64,000 nucleotides of DNA from Mesorhizobium sp. (GTDB lineage: Bacteria; Pseudomonadota; Alphaproteobacteria; Rhizobiales; Rhizobiaceae), in assembly GCF_965229135.1 (NCBI RefSeq), contig NZ_OZ245860.1, positions 1,231,849 to 1,295,848 of the forward strand, given 5' to 3'. Of the stretch, positions 16,676-28,451 are shown in pieces. Every line of letters starts with the position of its first letter. Positions within the stretch are counted from its first letter, which is position 1. Below the pieces are notes generated by a model that saw only the letters and a program-made list of their open reading frames with translations, was not told the origin of the DNA and did no database searches. Made by a program: the position numbers and the translations under genes.

Positions 16676-17131
16676 TCAGTCGTCGATAGCCATGACGCGG
16701 ACATACCCCTCCAGTTGAAGCGACCGATCCCGGATGACGTTGGTCGCGTCCGATGCCTGCATGGGCACGAACATCGTGCCCTGCCTTGTTTCGTACAACG
16801 CATCCCGTGCCTTCGTTTCGCTGTCGCGGAAGGACAGCCACGCGCGCTGTGACAGGCGCAATTGCTGCGCTGCCTTCTCGGGCAATTTGTGCATGAGGGT
16901 CGCATAGGCGGTATTCATGCGGCGATCGTAGTCGCTCGACGCCGCCGCCTCGCATTCTGTTTGACCGGCGGTGGAGGCATTGGCCGGGTCGTTCAGACAG
17001 CGGTCGAGTGTCGCGGCGGTAGGATCTTCCAGTGACGCGCCCATCAGGCTGGCCGGAGATGCCAGCACCAGCAAACAGGCCAGCACAGCTTTCGCTGCAA
17101 CCAGTTTACGGCCTAAGCGCTCGATCTGCAT
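16676..17131 (-). CDS. DUF1311 / LprI-family (lysozyme inhibitor-like) secreted protein
   Basis: Signal peptide, then ...CLNDPANASTAGQTECEAAASSDYDRRMNTAYATLMHKL...RLSQRAWLSFRDSE. The ATG at 17131 is preceded by GGAGG. Confidence 0.8.
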   Translation of the reverse strand: MQIERLGRKLVAAKAVLACLLVLASPASLMGASLEDPTAATLDRCLNDPANASTAGQTECEAAASSDYDRRMNTAYATLMHKLPEKAAQQLRLSQRAWLSFRDSETKARDALYETRQGTMFVPMQASDATNVIRDRSLQLEGYVRVMAIDD

Positions 17132-17716
17132 GTCACCTCCAGACATCTTCCCATCAGGGTCGCGCTGTAGCAGGTTCCTGGCTCTGACCACGGAACTTAG
17201 CCGGCCAATGACCCTGCTACAGGATAACGTAGACTAGCCTCTCTTCCTTGACGGTTTCAAACGTCGTCGCCGACAATCTGTCTTCCACCGCGCAAAATGG
17301 CGCGTTGCCGACGGCGGTTTCATACCTGCGCACCTTGATGCGGACCGGAACACCGGTGACGCGATTGCCGGACAGCTGCGCGAGGAAGGCATCAAGGTCA
17401 AGCGCACGGTTCTGCCCGGTTTGACGCGGCGAGGCCCTCTCGGTAGCGGACCCAGCCAGGCACAAAGCTCTGATGAGCGATATCCAGAAGATCCTCCAGG
17501 ACTCGGACGTCATCATCCAGCCTTACTGGCGCAAGCTCTGCGATCACTCCGCTGCGTCAGTGAAAAACCACGGCATGCACCCGACCTACGAGCACGACTT
17601 CGGCAAAGTCTGGCTCGACGAGCCGTGAAATAGCCTCACGCATTCGAACGGCGATGGCGAACGGATTGCCGCCAAAGGTGCCGCTGGCGACGGTTCAACC
17701 CACGGATTGAGGCGCT

Positions 17717-18805
17717 TCAGTCGGCGGCGGCAATCGTTTGCCGCCCGCCAGCCCAGTCACGCCATTGCCTCTCGTCGCCATGGAACACGTTGAGGTCGAT
17801 GCGTCCCGTCACCCCATGAGAGAGGCCGGAGCCGGAATACTGCCAGAACAGCCATTTGCGACCCGGATAGACCTTTGATGGATGCTGTGCCACGGCACGC
17901 AGCCAGAATGGATAATCCAGGAACGCGCCCTGCAAATTGTCGCGGTAGAAGTCGGGCGCGGTGTAGATGATCGGCCGCTGGCCATAGTGGCGCTCAAGCT
18001 TGTCCATGAACACCTGCATCTTCTCCAGCACCTTCTCGCGCGAGGGCCGGTGCTTGCAGGTCGATTCTCCATTCCACTCGACATCGATGACCGGCGGCAG
18101 CGCGCCCTCCATCCTCGGCACATTGCGAATGAACCAGTCGGCCTGCTCGCCGGCGGTGCGGCACCAGTAGAAGAAATGATAGGCGCCGCGCTTCAACCCG
18201 GCGGCCTCGGCGCCGCGCCAGTTCTTCATGAACATCGGATCGAGATGGTCCCCGCCATCGGTCGCCTTGATATAGGCGAAGTTGGCGCCCTGGGCGCGCA
18301 GCTTCTGCCAGTTCACGTCACCTTGCCAGCGCGAGACGTCGACCCCGTGCACGGCCAGATGCCTGGGCGAAGACCTGCCGAAGTTGATGGGCTTGGCGTC
18401 GCGAAAGGCATAGCGCGTGACCGGTCCGGCAAGCATGGACGGAGCGGCGCGCGACAGGAGCTTCGGCGGCGAGACAAGGGCAGCCGGTTCGATCGAAGCA
18501 TCGCCGCTGTCGGGCATGCCAGCCGACGCCAACGCCACCGTCTCCTCTTCGGCCAGGCCGAACGGCCGAGCGGGGCCGGCCATGGATGCCTGCTCAGGAG
18601 CCCCGCGCGCGATCATCGGCTTCGCTTTCGCCGAGGCGGAGGCAGAGGCAGAGGCGGAGGCCACGGGGGCGCTCGGCCGGACCACCGAACTGGTGATCTC
18701 ATTGGACGGTTTGCCCATATCGAGCGCGTCGACGCCGGACGTCGACGAACAGCCGACGAGGCACAAGGATGCAATCAAGGAAGTGAGAATGCCGGGTAAC
18801 CGCAT
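17717..18805 (-). CDS. glycoside hydrolase family 25 lysozyme, lipoprotein
   Basis: Lipobox LIASLCLVGCSS, an (AS)5 linker, and the GH25 core HGVDVSRWQGDVNWQKLRAQGANFAYIKATDG...GAYHFFYW. Confidence 0.85.
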   Translation of the reverse strand: MRLPGILTSLIASLCLVGCSSTSGVDALDMGKPSNEITSSVVRPSAPVASASASASASAKAKPMIARGAPEQASMAGPARPFGLAEEETVALASAGMPDSGDASIEPAALVSPPKLLSRAAPSMLAGPVTRYAFRDAKPINFGRSSPRHLAVHGVDVSRWQGDVNWQKLRAQGANFAYIKATDGGDHLDPMFMKNWRGAEAAGLKRGAYHFFYWCRTAGEQADWFIRNVPRMEGALPPVIDVEWNGESTCKHRPSREKVLEKMQVFMDKLERHYGQRPIIYTAPDFYRDNLQGAFLDYPFWLRAVAQHPSKVYPGRKWLFWQYSGSGLSHGVTGRIDLNVFHGDERQWRDWAGGRQTIAAAD

Positions 18806-19157
18806 CTGGACCTGTACGCAAAACACAACAGACCGAAGGCACACACAGAAAGCCGCCGGACAAATCAGACCGAGTTATGAATGAGAAATTACCAATAAAG
18901 TTTGAATCAAAATTTTATTGCCGGTGTGATGGTAAACACACGGCGGCCGAGGATCAGGGGCGGCAAATGGTGCACCCCTCGCCGGCCATGTGGCGGGAGG
19001 ACCTCCGGCTGTGTGGCCGGCGTGACCCCCGAAGGCGGAATTCGACGATATGATGGGCGCGAAGGCGTGCGCCGCGCTTGACAGTCCCCGACGAGGCTGT
19101 TCAGGAAACAGGCAGCGCGGTCGACCGCCCATGCCCTCCGATCCCGAAAGGCGCTAG

Positions 19158-20123
19158 ATGATTGCCTTGCAGAAATCTTTCCTGGTGCTTTTGCTTGTGA
19201 TCCTTGCCTCGGCAGGCATGCCGTCGATTGACGCGGCCCATGCCGACACGATCGTTGTGCCGCCGGGTAACCGCTCCGTGACCCAACCGCCCATTCCCAA
19301 CGCGTCAGCGGTGAGGACGCGCGCCTTCAACACGACCTATGATGAAAAATACCAGAAGATCATCGCGCTTCTGAAGCGCGAGAAGAAGCTCATCACGCAT
19401 ATCAAGCAGGTCGCCGCGGTCTATGGCGTTGATCCCATTCACATCGTCGGCGCGCTCGTTGGAGAGCACACCTATAATGTCACCGCGGTCGGTTCGGTGC
19501 AGACCTATTATGTGAAGGCACTCTCCTATTCCGGTCTTGATTTTGCCTTCCGCTACAAGGGGGTGAAGGTCCAGGATTTTGTCAAACGTCCCGAGTTCGC
19601 GGCCTGCGAACAGGCGAAAGGCAACGCCGCCCTCTGGAGCTGCCGCGACACGGTCTGGACGCAGCATTTCAAAGGCAAGACCGTCGACGGCGTCGCGTAC
19701 GAGCCGATGACCTTCCAGCAAGCATTCTTCCAGCCATTCTTCGCCGGCCAGACATTCGGTCTCGGGCAGATCAGCCCGCTTACCGCCCTTGAGGTCACGG
19801 ATCTCGTCAACAAGGTGAGCGGCTACGACAAGCTGACGCCGGACAATCCGCAAGCCATCTATCGTGATGTCATGGATCCCGACCGCAGCATCGTCTATAT
19901 CGCGGCCATCGTGCGCGATGCGATCGACGCCTACAAGCAGCAGGGCTTCGACATCTCCCACAATCCGGGAATTACAGCGACCCTGTACAATGTCGGGCAG
20001 CCCAGGCAGAGGGCGGCCGCGTTGCGCGAAGCAGGTCGCAAGCTGCCCGTCGAGAATTATTATGGCTGGCTGGTCAATGACAAGCTGGACGACCTCAAGG
20101 CGCTGCTCGACAGCGGCAGCTAG
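19158..20123 (+). CDS. secreted hypothetical protein (DUF1402-like, tentative)
   Basis: Signal peptide MIALQKSFLVLLLVILASAGMPSIDAAHA. 321 aa. The family assignment is from memory of Rhizobiales proteins of about 310 aa. Confidence 0.7.
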   Translation: MIALQKSFLVLLLVILASAGMPSIDAAHADTIVVPPGNRSVTQPPIPNASAVRTRAFNTTYDEKYQKIIALLKREKKLITHIKQVAAVYGVDPIHIVGALVGEHTYNVTAVGSVQTYYVKALSYSGLDFAFRYKGVKVQDFVKRPEFAACEQAKGNAALWSCRDTVWTQHFKGKTVDGVAYEPMTFQQAFFQPFFAGQTFGLGQISPLTALEVTDLVNKVSGYDKLTPDNPQAIYRDVMDPDRSIVYIAAIVRDAIDAYKQQGFDISHNPGITATLYNVGQPRQRAAALREAGRKLPVENYYGWLVNDKLDDLKALLDSGS

Positions 20124-20173
20124 GCTCAAGTCAATTGCCGCGGCCCATGTTCAATAAAGTGTGATCAGGCCGA

Positions 20174-20818
20174 CTATTTTACGGAGCTGACCAGCGCTTC
20201 GTCGCCGCCCAGGATCGACACCCAGCGCCCTGTATTCTCGCTCGACTGTCTCTTCAGGTAGCGATAGCCTGTCTGGCTCCAGAGACGAACCTTGTTGGTA
20301 AGGTTGTCGAGAATGAAGTCGCCCTTGTCGGTCCGCACGGTGAGCACCGCATGGCCTTCGCCATCAGGCTTGCGAACAACCGTCATCAGCAGGTTGGATA
20401 CGGCCACACCGCTGGAGATAAGCTCCCGCCGCTTTTCGAGCGCATAGTCCTCGCAGTCGCCGAACCCGTCTTCCGGATACGCCCACCACTCTTCCTTGCC
20501 GTAATTGTCCATGTCGCTCATCGGCTTGACGCGCGTGTTGACGGACAGGTTGACGGCGGTTATCTGCCGCAAAAGCTGGCTGGACATGTGCTCAGGCATA
20601 TTGTTGGGCGAACGGATCGAGCATTCGTCAACATGGATCTTGCAGAAATCGTAGTGTCCGATGGGTTGCGATGTCGGGCCGCCGATGACCATCGAGAGCT
20701 CGGACGCATTCGCCAAACTCGATGCCGAACCCAAAACCGTCAAGGCGACGGCAAGGCCAAGCCTCCTTGCCGCACACCGCCAACCCACCGAGGATGCCAT
20801 GAGGCCCCGCCCATTCAT
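20174..20818 (-). CDS. transglutaminase-like cysteine peptidase (BTLCP family)
   Basis: WWAYPEDGFGDCEDYALEKRREL...GEGHAVLTVRTDKGDFILDNL carries the Cys-His-Asp BTLCP signature. The start may instead be the ATG at 20800. Confidence 0.85.
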   Translation of the reverse strand: MNGRGLMASSVGWRCAARRLGLAVALTVLGSASSLANASELSMVIGGPTSQPIGHYDFCKIHVDECSIRSPNNMPEHMSSQLLRQITAVNLSVNTRVKPMSDMDNYGKEEWWAYPEDGFGDCEDYALEKRRELISSGVAVSNLLMTVVRKPDGEGHAVLTVRTDKGDFILDNLTNKVRLWSQTGYRYLKRQSSENTGRWVSILGGDEALVSSVK

Positions 20819-20823
20819 TCTTG

Positions 20824-20839
20824 TTAACAGAATGTTAAC
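20824..20839. promoter_or_regulatory. CtrA box TTAA-N7-TTAAC (perfect consensus)
   Basis: TTAACAGAATGTTAAC directly upstream of the BTLCP gene start. A further TTAAC half-site lies at about 20901. Confidence 0.45.
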
Positions 20840-21228
20840 GGCGGTTTTTGATGCGTGTCAATGAAGGCATTGGGCCGATCCCAGGTATCGGCGATTTGCG
20901 TTAACGGCGTGGTTCCAGCGCAACACCGGTCGCGAGCCGAACCGCGGCCCGATAGCGCAGGCTTGCGACGTCCACGCCAGACCATGTGGCCTACAAGCTC
21001 ACAAGAACCAGCGCCCCGCGCCGACCTTGTGGGATTTCTCGCGTCGCCCAGCGCCTTGACGATCAGCGACGCGATGCGCGCGGCTCCGGCTGGCGGCAGA
21101 TTTTGTAGTTCATGCCGATGGCGCCGTAGTGGCGTCATCGGCGCTGCCGTCGCGATGTCTCGAAGCCAAGATCGTCTCCCAAAAGAGCCGTCCCTGGCGA
21201 CGTTCAATGACCGGCGTCCAACAGCCGG

Positions 21229-22662
21229 CTATTCGGCCGCCTCGTAACCGGCGATGCCCTTGATCTCGAGGAAGTCCTCAAGGCCGTATTCGGCATATTC
21301 ACGGCCATTGCCCGACTGCTTGTAGCCGCCGAAGGGCAGGCCGGCGTCCCACGTCGGATAGTTGATGTAGACATTGCCGGTGCGCATGCGTGCAGCCACG
21401 TCGCGCGCCTTCTTCATGTCCTTGGCCTGGATGTAGGAGGCAAGGCCATAGACCGTGTCGTTCGCTTGCTCGACGGCCTGTTCGACCGTGTCGTAAGGCA
21501 TAATCGCCAGCACCGGCCCGAAAATTTCCTCGCGGGCGATGCGCATGTCATGGGTGACATCCGCGAAAACCGTCGGCCTGACATAGTAGCCGCGGTTGAG
21601 TTCGGCTGGACGGCCGGGGCCGCCCGCAACCAGCGTCGCGCCTTCGTCGATGCCGGCCTGGATCAGATCCTGGATCTTGTCGAACTGGACCTGGCTGACA
21701 ACCGGTCCGAGCTTGGTGCCGGGTGCATCGGCTGGGCCGACGGTGAACTTTTCAGCGGCCGCCTTGGCATAGCCGGCAGCCTCGTCATGACGATCGCGCG
21801 GCACGAACATGCGCGTCGGCGCGTTGCAGGACTGGCCGCTGTTGCCGAAGCAGCCGGCGACGCCCTTGGCAACCGCGGTGGCGAGGTCGACATCCGGAAA
21901 CAGGATGTTGGCCGACTTGCCGCCAAGTTCCTGATGCACGCGCTTGACCGTGTCGGCGGCGGCCTTGGCCACCAGGATGCCGGCCCTGGTCGAACCGGTG
22001 AACGACATCATATCGATGTCGGGATGGCTGGACAGCGCATGACCGACGCCCGGTCCATCACCGTTGACGAGGTTGAACACGCCCTTCGGCACGCCTGCCT
22101 CGTCGAGGATCTCGGCGAAGATGATGGCGTCGAGCGGCGCGATTTCCGAGGGCTTCAGCACCATGGTGCAGCCGGCGGCGAGAGCGGGGCCGACCTTGCA
22201 GGTGATCTGGTTGAGCGGCCAATTCCACGGCGTGATCAGGCCGACGACGCCGATCGGCTCCTTGACCACAAGGTGGGGGCCCTTCACATGACGGAACTCG
22301 AAGGTCTTGAGCACATCGGCCATCTTCTGCAGATGCGCGAGGCCGATGCCGACCTGGCTGTCCAGCGCCATCTGGCGCGGCGCGCCCATCTCGCGCGAGA
22401 CAGCGACCGCAAGATCGGCGCTGCGCTTCTTGTAGACAGCGATGATGCGGTTCAACAATTCCAGCCGTTCACCGACCTCGGTGAAGCCGAACGTGTTGAA
22501 GGCGCGCCTGGCGGCGGCTACCGCCTTGTCGACATCGGCCTTGGAGCCGAGCGATATCTGGGCGAAGGCATCCTCGTTGGAGGGATCGATGACATCGAAC
22601 GTGTTGGGCACAACCGGATCGACCCACGCGCCATCGATGTAGAACTGCAGATTGTGTGACAT
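21229..22662 (-). CDS. NAD(P)-dependent aldehyde dehydrogenase
   Basis: MSHNLQFYIDGAWVDP..., ELGGKSANILF, and the catalytic region FGNSGQSCNAPTR. GGGAGA RBS before the ATG at 22662. Confidence 0.9.
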   Translation of the reverse strand: MSHNLQFYIDGAWVDPVVPNTFDVIDPSNEDAFAQISLGSKADVDKAVAAARRAFNTFGFTEVGERLELLNRIIAVYKKRSADLAVAVSREMGAPRQMALDSQVGIGLAHLQKMADVLKTFEFRHVKGPHLVVKEPIGVVGLITPWNWPLNQITCKVGPALAAGCTMVLKPSEIAPLDAIIFAEILDEAGVPKGVFNLVNGDGPGVGHALSSHPDIDMMSFTGSTRAGILVAKAAADTVKRVHQELGGKSANILFPDVDLATAVAKGVAGCFGNSGQSCNAPTRMFVPRDRHDEAAGYAKAAAEKFTVGPADAPGTKLGPVVSQVQFDKIQDLIQAGIDEGATLVAGGPGRPAELNRGYYVRPTVFADVTHDMRIAREEIFGPVLAIMPYDTVEQAVEQANDTVYGLASYIQAKDMKKARDVAARMRTGNVYINYPTWDAGLPFGGYKQSGNGREYAEYGLEDFLEIKGIAGYEAAE

Positions 22663-22815
22663 GGTTTTCTCCCTTGGGGTGCGCCGCATGGCCTTTGCGA
22701 CCGTGATATGTGGCTAGAGATAACGATGCTCAAACGCCGCTGTCAAACGCAACCCCCGAAGTCGTTGAGCCAGCGCGCCAGTCGTTGAGCCAGGGGGGTG
22801 CCCGCTGGGTGAGTG

Positions 22816-23199
22816 CTAGAGCAGCGTGTGCCCGGCCTCGGCCAGAAACCGTTTCGCCGCTTCCTCATCCACCGCTTTCACCAGCAGATGGTCGCCGTCG
22901 AACGTGGAAACCACAAAAATGCCCAGGCCGTTCTCCGACAGCGGTCTGATGACCGATAGCACGATGCCACTTTGGCCGAAGGCAAATGGCCCTTCGAACT
23001 TGAAGGCGACCCAGTCGCCGTCCTGCCTGACGTCGTTCGGCACGCGATCCTGCAGGCAGACGACCGAAAGCTCGTCGTCGGTTCTGGTGATGCTGACGAA
23101 TCCTGGCCCATCCGCCCAGCCGGGAATGCCATCTCTGGCTTCAAGCCGCGCAATTGCGAACAGTCCGGGGATTTGCTTCAACCTGATCCTGGCGGCCAT
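22816..23199 (-). CDS. ACT-domain protein (ACT_7-like)
   Basis: 127 aa: ...GFVSITRTDDELSVVCLQDRVP...FKFEGPFAFGQSGIVLSV...GIFVVSTFDGDHLLV. Confidence 0.7.
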   Translation of the reverse strand: MAARIRLKQIPGLFAIARLEARDGIPGWADGPGFVSITRTDDELSVVCLQDRVPNDVRQDGDWVAFKFEGPFAFGQSGIVLSVIRPLSENGLGIFVVSTFDGDHLLVKAVDEEAAKRFLAEAGHTLL

Positions 23200-23219
23200 C
23201 GTCGCACCTCGATTGTGGA

Positions 23220-23687
23220 TTATCCGGCGAGCCTCTTGCTCATATAGACCGTCACGCCATTCATGAATGGCTCCTCCCGATCGATTGCATAGCCATGGCG
23301 CTTGTAGAGCGACACATTGGCCTCGAAGGCGCCATTGGTCAGCAGGCGAATCTCCCGGCGGCCCGCTTCGATCGCCTTGCGCTCGGCCTGCTCAAGCAAA
23401 AGCCGGCCGATGCCCCTGCCCTGCGCCCGCGGCACCACGCAGACGTTCTCGATCCAGAGGTGATCCTCGGCGAGGATGGTTTCAACCATTCCAAGGATGC
23501 CGCCATCCTCGACGGCCAGATCGAACCGATGCTCGCGAACGGCCTTGTCGTAGTCGGCGCGCATGGGCAACGGCTCGCGGCCGATCACCGGCACCCATTT
23601 CGCATAAGCAGCGCGCACGATATCCCTGATCGCGTCGGCATCCGCAGGCTCGGCCGCACGAAGATTTGCGACAACGCCGATCGTCAT
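23220..23687 (-). CDS. GNAT family N-acetyltransferase
   Basis: Acetyl-CoA motif VVPRAQGRGIGRLLLEQAERKA and the C-terminal YKRHGY. Confidence 0.85.
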   Translation of the reverse strand: MTIGVVANLRAAEPADADAIRDIVRAAYAKWVPVIGREPLPMRADYDKAVREHRFDLAVEDGGILGMVETILAEDHLWIENVCVVPRAQGRGIGRLLLEQAERKAIEAGRREIRLLTNGAFEANVSLYKRHGYAIDREEPFMNGVTVYMSKRLAG

Positions 23688-23786
23688 TGAAAAAGCTCCA
23701 GGCCCGTGAAAAAGGCCGCCGACCGCTACCGCATCGGTCGGTGAATCGAAACTCATTTTTGAAAATCACCGCGTCCATGGCGACGC

Positions 23787-24407
23787 ATGTCCTTGAAACG
23801 TAGAGACACGAAGCGACCAGCAACAGTCGACGAGGATGCTTGGCGTCCATGGCATCCGACCGAACTGGCACAGCGCCTTGGCGGCCTGTCGAAGCCCTGG
23901 TGTATCGTCGGAGGCTGGGCGCTCGATGTCTGGCACGGACGCCAGACCCGCGATCATGAGGACCTCGAATTCACCATCCTGCGGGAGGATTTCGGGACCT
24001 TTCGCCGTCTGCTGAAAGGCATGCGGTTCCACACGGTCGCAAGCGGTGTCATCAAGCATCTGCCGGCGCGCCGTTCGGCAGAGATTTCGCAGATATGGTG
24101 CGGGGATATCCAGGAACGCCGCTGGCGGGTGGACATGATGATCGAGCCGGGAACGTCGGACCTGTGGGTCTACAAGCGGGATGCCTCCATCACCCGGCCG
24201 CGCGCCGAGATGGTCGAGGTCACACCGGACGGCCTGCCCTATCTCAAACCAGCGGCCGTCCTGTTGTTCAAGGCTAAATACAGGCGCGACAAGCACGAGC
24301 TCGATTTCGCCAATGCCCTGCCGAAGCTGGTGCCATCCGAAAGGGCATGGCTTAAGGGCTGCCTTGCTACGGCCCATCCCGACCATGAATGGTCAAAGCA
24401 GTTGTAG
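23787..24407 (+). CDS. nucleotidyltransferase, ANT(2'')-like fold
   Basis: WCIVGGWALDVWHGRQTRDHEDLEFTI resembles the G-G-W-A-x-D...D-x-D core of aminoglycoside 2''-nucleotidyltransferase-like proteins. Confidence 0.65.
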   Translation: MSLKRRDTKRPATVDEDAWRPWHPTELAQRLGGLSKPWCIVGGWALDVWHGRQTRDHEDLEFTILREDFGTFRRLLKGMRFHTVASGVIKHLPARRSAEISQIWCGDIQERRWRVDMMIEPGTSDLWVYKRDASITRPRAEMVEVTPDGLPYLKPAAVLLFKAKYRRDKHELDFANALPKLVPSERAWLKGCLATAHPDHEWSKQL

Positions 24408-24421
24408 CGCTTTGTTGCGGC

Positions 24422-25162
24422 TCAATACTCCTGGGCAGTCGGCCGGAACAGGATCTCGTTGATGTCGACCTCTTCGGGCTGGCTCATGGCGAACACCACC
24501 GTCCTGGCGAAGGAATCGGCGGGGATGGCTACTCGGTGGTAGAGCGCCCGCACGCCCTCGGCGACATCGGGCTCGGTGACGCTGTCGGGCAGTTCGGTCG
24601 CCACCGCACCCGGCGAGATGATGGTGGTGCGGATGTTGTAGGGTTTTACCTCCTGGCGCAGCCCCTCGGAGATGACGCGCACCGCGTGCTTGGTGGCCGC
24701 ATAGACGGCGCCGCCCGGCCCGACCTTGTGGCCGGCGACCGACGACACGTTGATGATGTGGCCGCTCTTCTGCTTCGTCATGTAAGGCAGCACGGCGGCG
24801 ATGCCGTAGAGCACGCCCTTGATGTTGACGTCGATCATCCGGTCCCAGTCCTCGATCTTGCCGCGCTCCAGCGGCGAATGCGGCATCAGCCCGGCATTGT
24901 TGATGATGACGTCGACGCGGCCATGCGTCTTGACCGCATGGTCAACGAGATGCCGGACCTGGCCGACATCGGTGACGTCGGTCTGCACGACGGCGTCCTT
25001 GCCGAGTGAAAGCTCAGCCGCCAGCACTTCCAGCCGGTCGAGACGCCGCGCGCCCAGCACCAGCTTCGCGCCCTCCTTCGCCAGCAGCCGTGCGGCGGCT
25101 TCGCCCAGCCCGCTGCTGGCGCCGGTGATGACGACGACCTTGCCCTTGATGTTATCTGTCAT
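24422..25162 (-). CDS. SDR family oxidoreductase
   Basis: TGASSGLG Rossmann motif, NNAG, and YAATK catalytic motif. Confidence 0.9.
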   Translation of the reverse strand: MTDNIKGKVVVITGASSGLGEAAARLLAKEGAKLVLGARRLDRLEVLAAELSLGKDAVVQTDVTDVGQVRHLVDHAVKTHGRVDVIINNAGLMPHSPLERGKIEDWDRMIDVNIKGVLYGIAAVLPYMTKQKSGHIINVSSVAGHKVGPGGAVYAATKHAVRVISEGLRQEVKPYNIRTTIISPGAVATELPDSVTEPDVAEGVRALYHRVAIPADSFARTVVFAMSQPEEVDINEILFRPTAQEY

Positions 25163-25180
25163 GGGATTTTCCTTACGCCT

Positions 25181-26546
<1,366 letters not shown>

Positions 26547-26550
26547 GGCT

Positions 26551-26889
26551 TCATCCCCTTTTCTCGGCGTCGGCCTGTTCGAAGATCTTGCGGGCAATGC
26601 CGATTGCCGTGCTTGCCGCCGGCCATCCCGCGTAAAAGGCAAGGTGCGTGATGGTTTCGATGAGTTCGTCGCGGGTGACGCCGTTGTCGAGCGCCCGCTT
26701 CATGTGAAAGGGCATTTCGTTGATCCGGTAATTCGAGATCAGGCTGGTAACGGTGACCAAGCTGCGGTCGCGCGGCGAGAGGCCGGGGCGCCTCCAGACA
26801 TCACCAAATAGCACTTCGTCGGTGTATTTGCCGAGCGCGGGCGCGATATCGGAGAACGGGCTTTTGGGGGCGTCTGGTGCATCGGTCAT
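26551..26889 (-). CDS. carboxymuconolactone decarboxylase (AhpD-like) family protein
   Basis: VWRRPGLSPRDRSLVTVTSLI...ELIETITHLAFYAGWPAA. AAGGAAA RBS before the ATG at 26889. Confidence 0.85.
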   Translation of the reverse strand: MTDAPDAPKSPFSDIAPALGKYTDEVLFGDVWRRPGLSPRDRSLVTVTSLISNYRINEMPFHMKRALDNGVTRDELIETITHLAFYAGWPAASTAIGIARKIFEQADAEKRG

Positions 26890-26945
26890 GGCAGTTTCCT
26901 TCGTTGAGAGATACTTGTCCGGACATGGAGCCGGGTGCCGCCCGG

Positions 26946-27341
26946 TCAAATCCCGTATTGTTGGTCGGTGACCTTCTCCATCCAGTCGACGACCTTGCCA
27001 TCAAGCGCTTCGGCGATGGCGACATGGCTCATAGCCGTGGCCGGCGTCGCGCCATGCCAATGTTTTTCGCCGGGCTCGAACCAGACGATGTCACCGGGGC
27101 GGATCTCTTCGATAGGGCCGCCTTCACGCTGGACCAGGCCGGCGCCCGAGAGCACGATCAGCGTCTGGCCGAGCGGATGGGTGTGCCAGGCGGTGCGCGC
27201 GCCGGGCTCGAAGGTCACGGTCGCGCCACCGATACGGGCCGGCTCGCTGCCCTTGAAGGGTGCATCGACACGCACCGATCCGGTGAAATAATCGGCGGGA
27301 CCTTTCGCGGAAGGCTGGGAGCCGCTTCGCTTGATATCCAT
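26946..27341 (-). CDS. cupin domain protein
   Basis: [19 protein letters not shown]...[16 protein letters not shown] cupin motifs. Confidence 0.8.
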   Translation of the reverse strand: MDIKRSGSQPSAKGPADYFTGSVRVDAPFKGSEPARIGGATVTFEPGARTAWHTHPLGQTLIVLSGAGLVQREGGPIEEIRPGDIVWFEPGEKHWHGATPATAMSHVAIAEALDGKVVDWMEKVTDQQYGI

Positions 27342-27454
27342 GGTCTTTCCTTCTCCATGCCTGGCAGCGAACCGCCACAGGCTTTCTCGGCCGCCCACTT
27401 TCGGCGCCCGATTGTCATGGTGGTTATCTAGCGCCTCCTATTGGTCGTGATTAG

Positions 27455-28387
<933 letters not shown>

Positions 28388-28451
28388 TTCCACTGCGCCC
28401 GCGGTCGTCCTATCTTCGCGTTCAACCGATCTAAAGCACCGGAGCATCGCC

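Noticed and set aside
17217-17633. ORFs 17217..17516(-), 17421..17633(+) and an unlisted 51-codon ORF (17473-17628, +) in the gap between the DUF1311 and GH25 genes.
   Set aside because: No recognisable family, no convincing RBS, and the frames overlap one another. This may be a degraded gene remnant, but nothing here can be supported.
18893-18920. CAATAAA-N14-TTTATTG dyad in the AT-rich GH25/DUF1402 divergent region.
   Set aside because: It is a short AT-only dyad in an AT-rich patch, where such matches arise by chance. It is noted but not promoted to a finding.
20819-21228. ORFs 20824..21207(-) and 20855..21247(+) in the long gap upstream of the BTLCP gene.
   Set aside because: They are mutually antisense with Arg/Ala/Pro-rich nonsense-like sequence, no RBS and no family resemblance. 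I treat the region as non-coding; it does contain the CtrA box.
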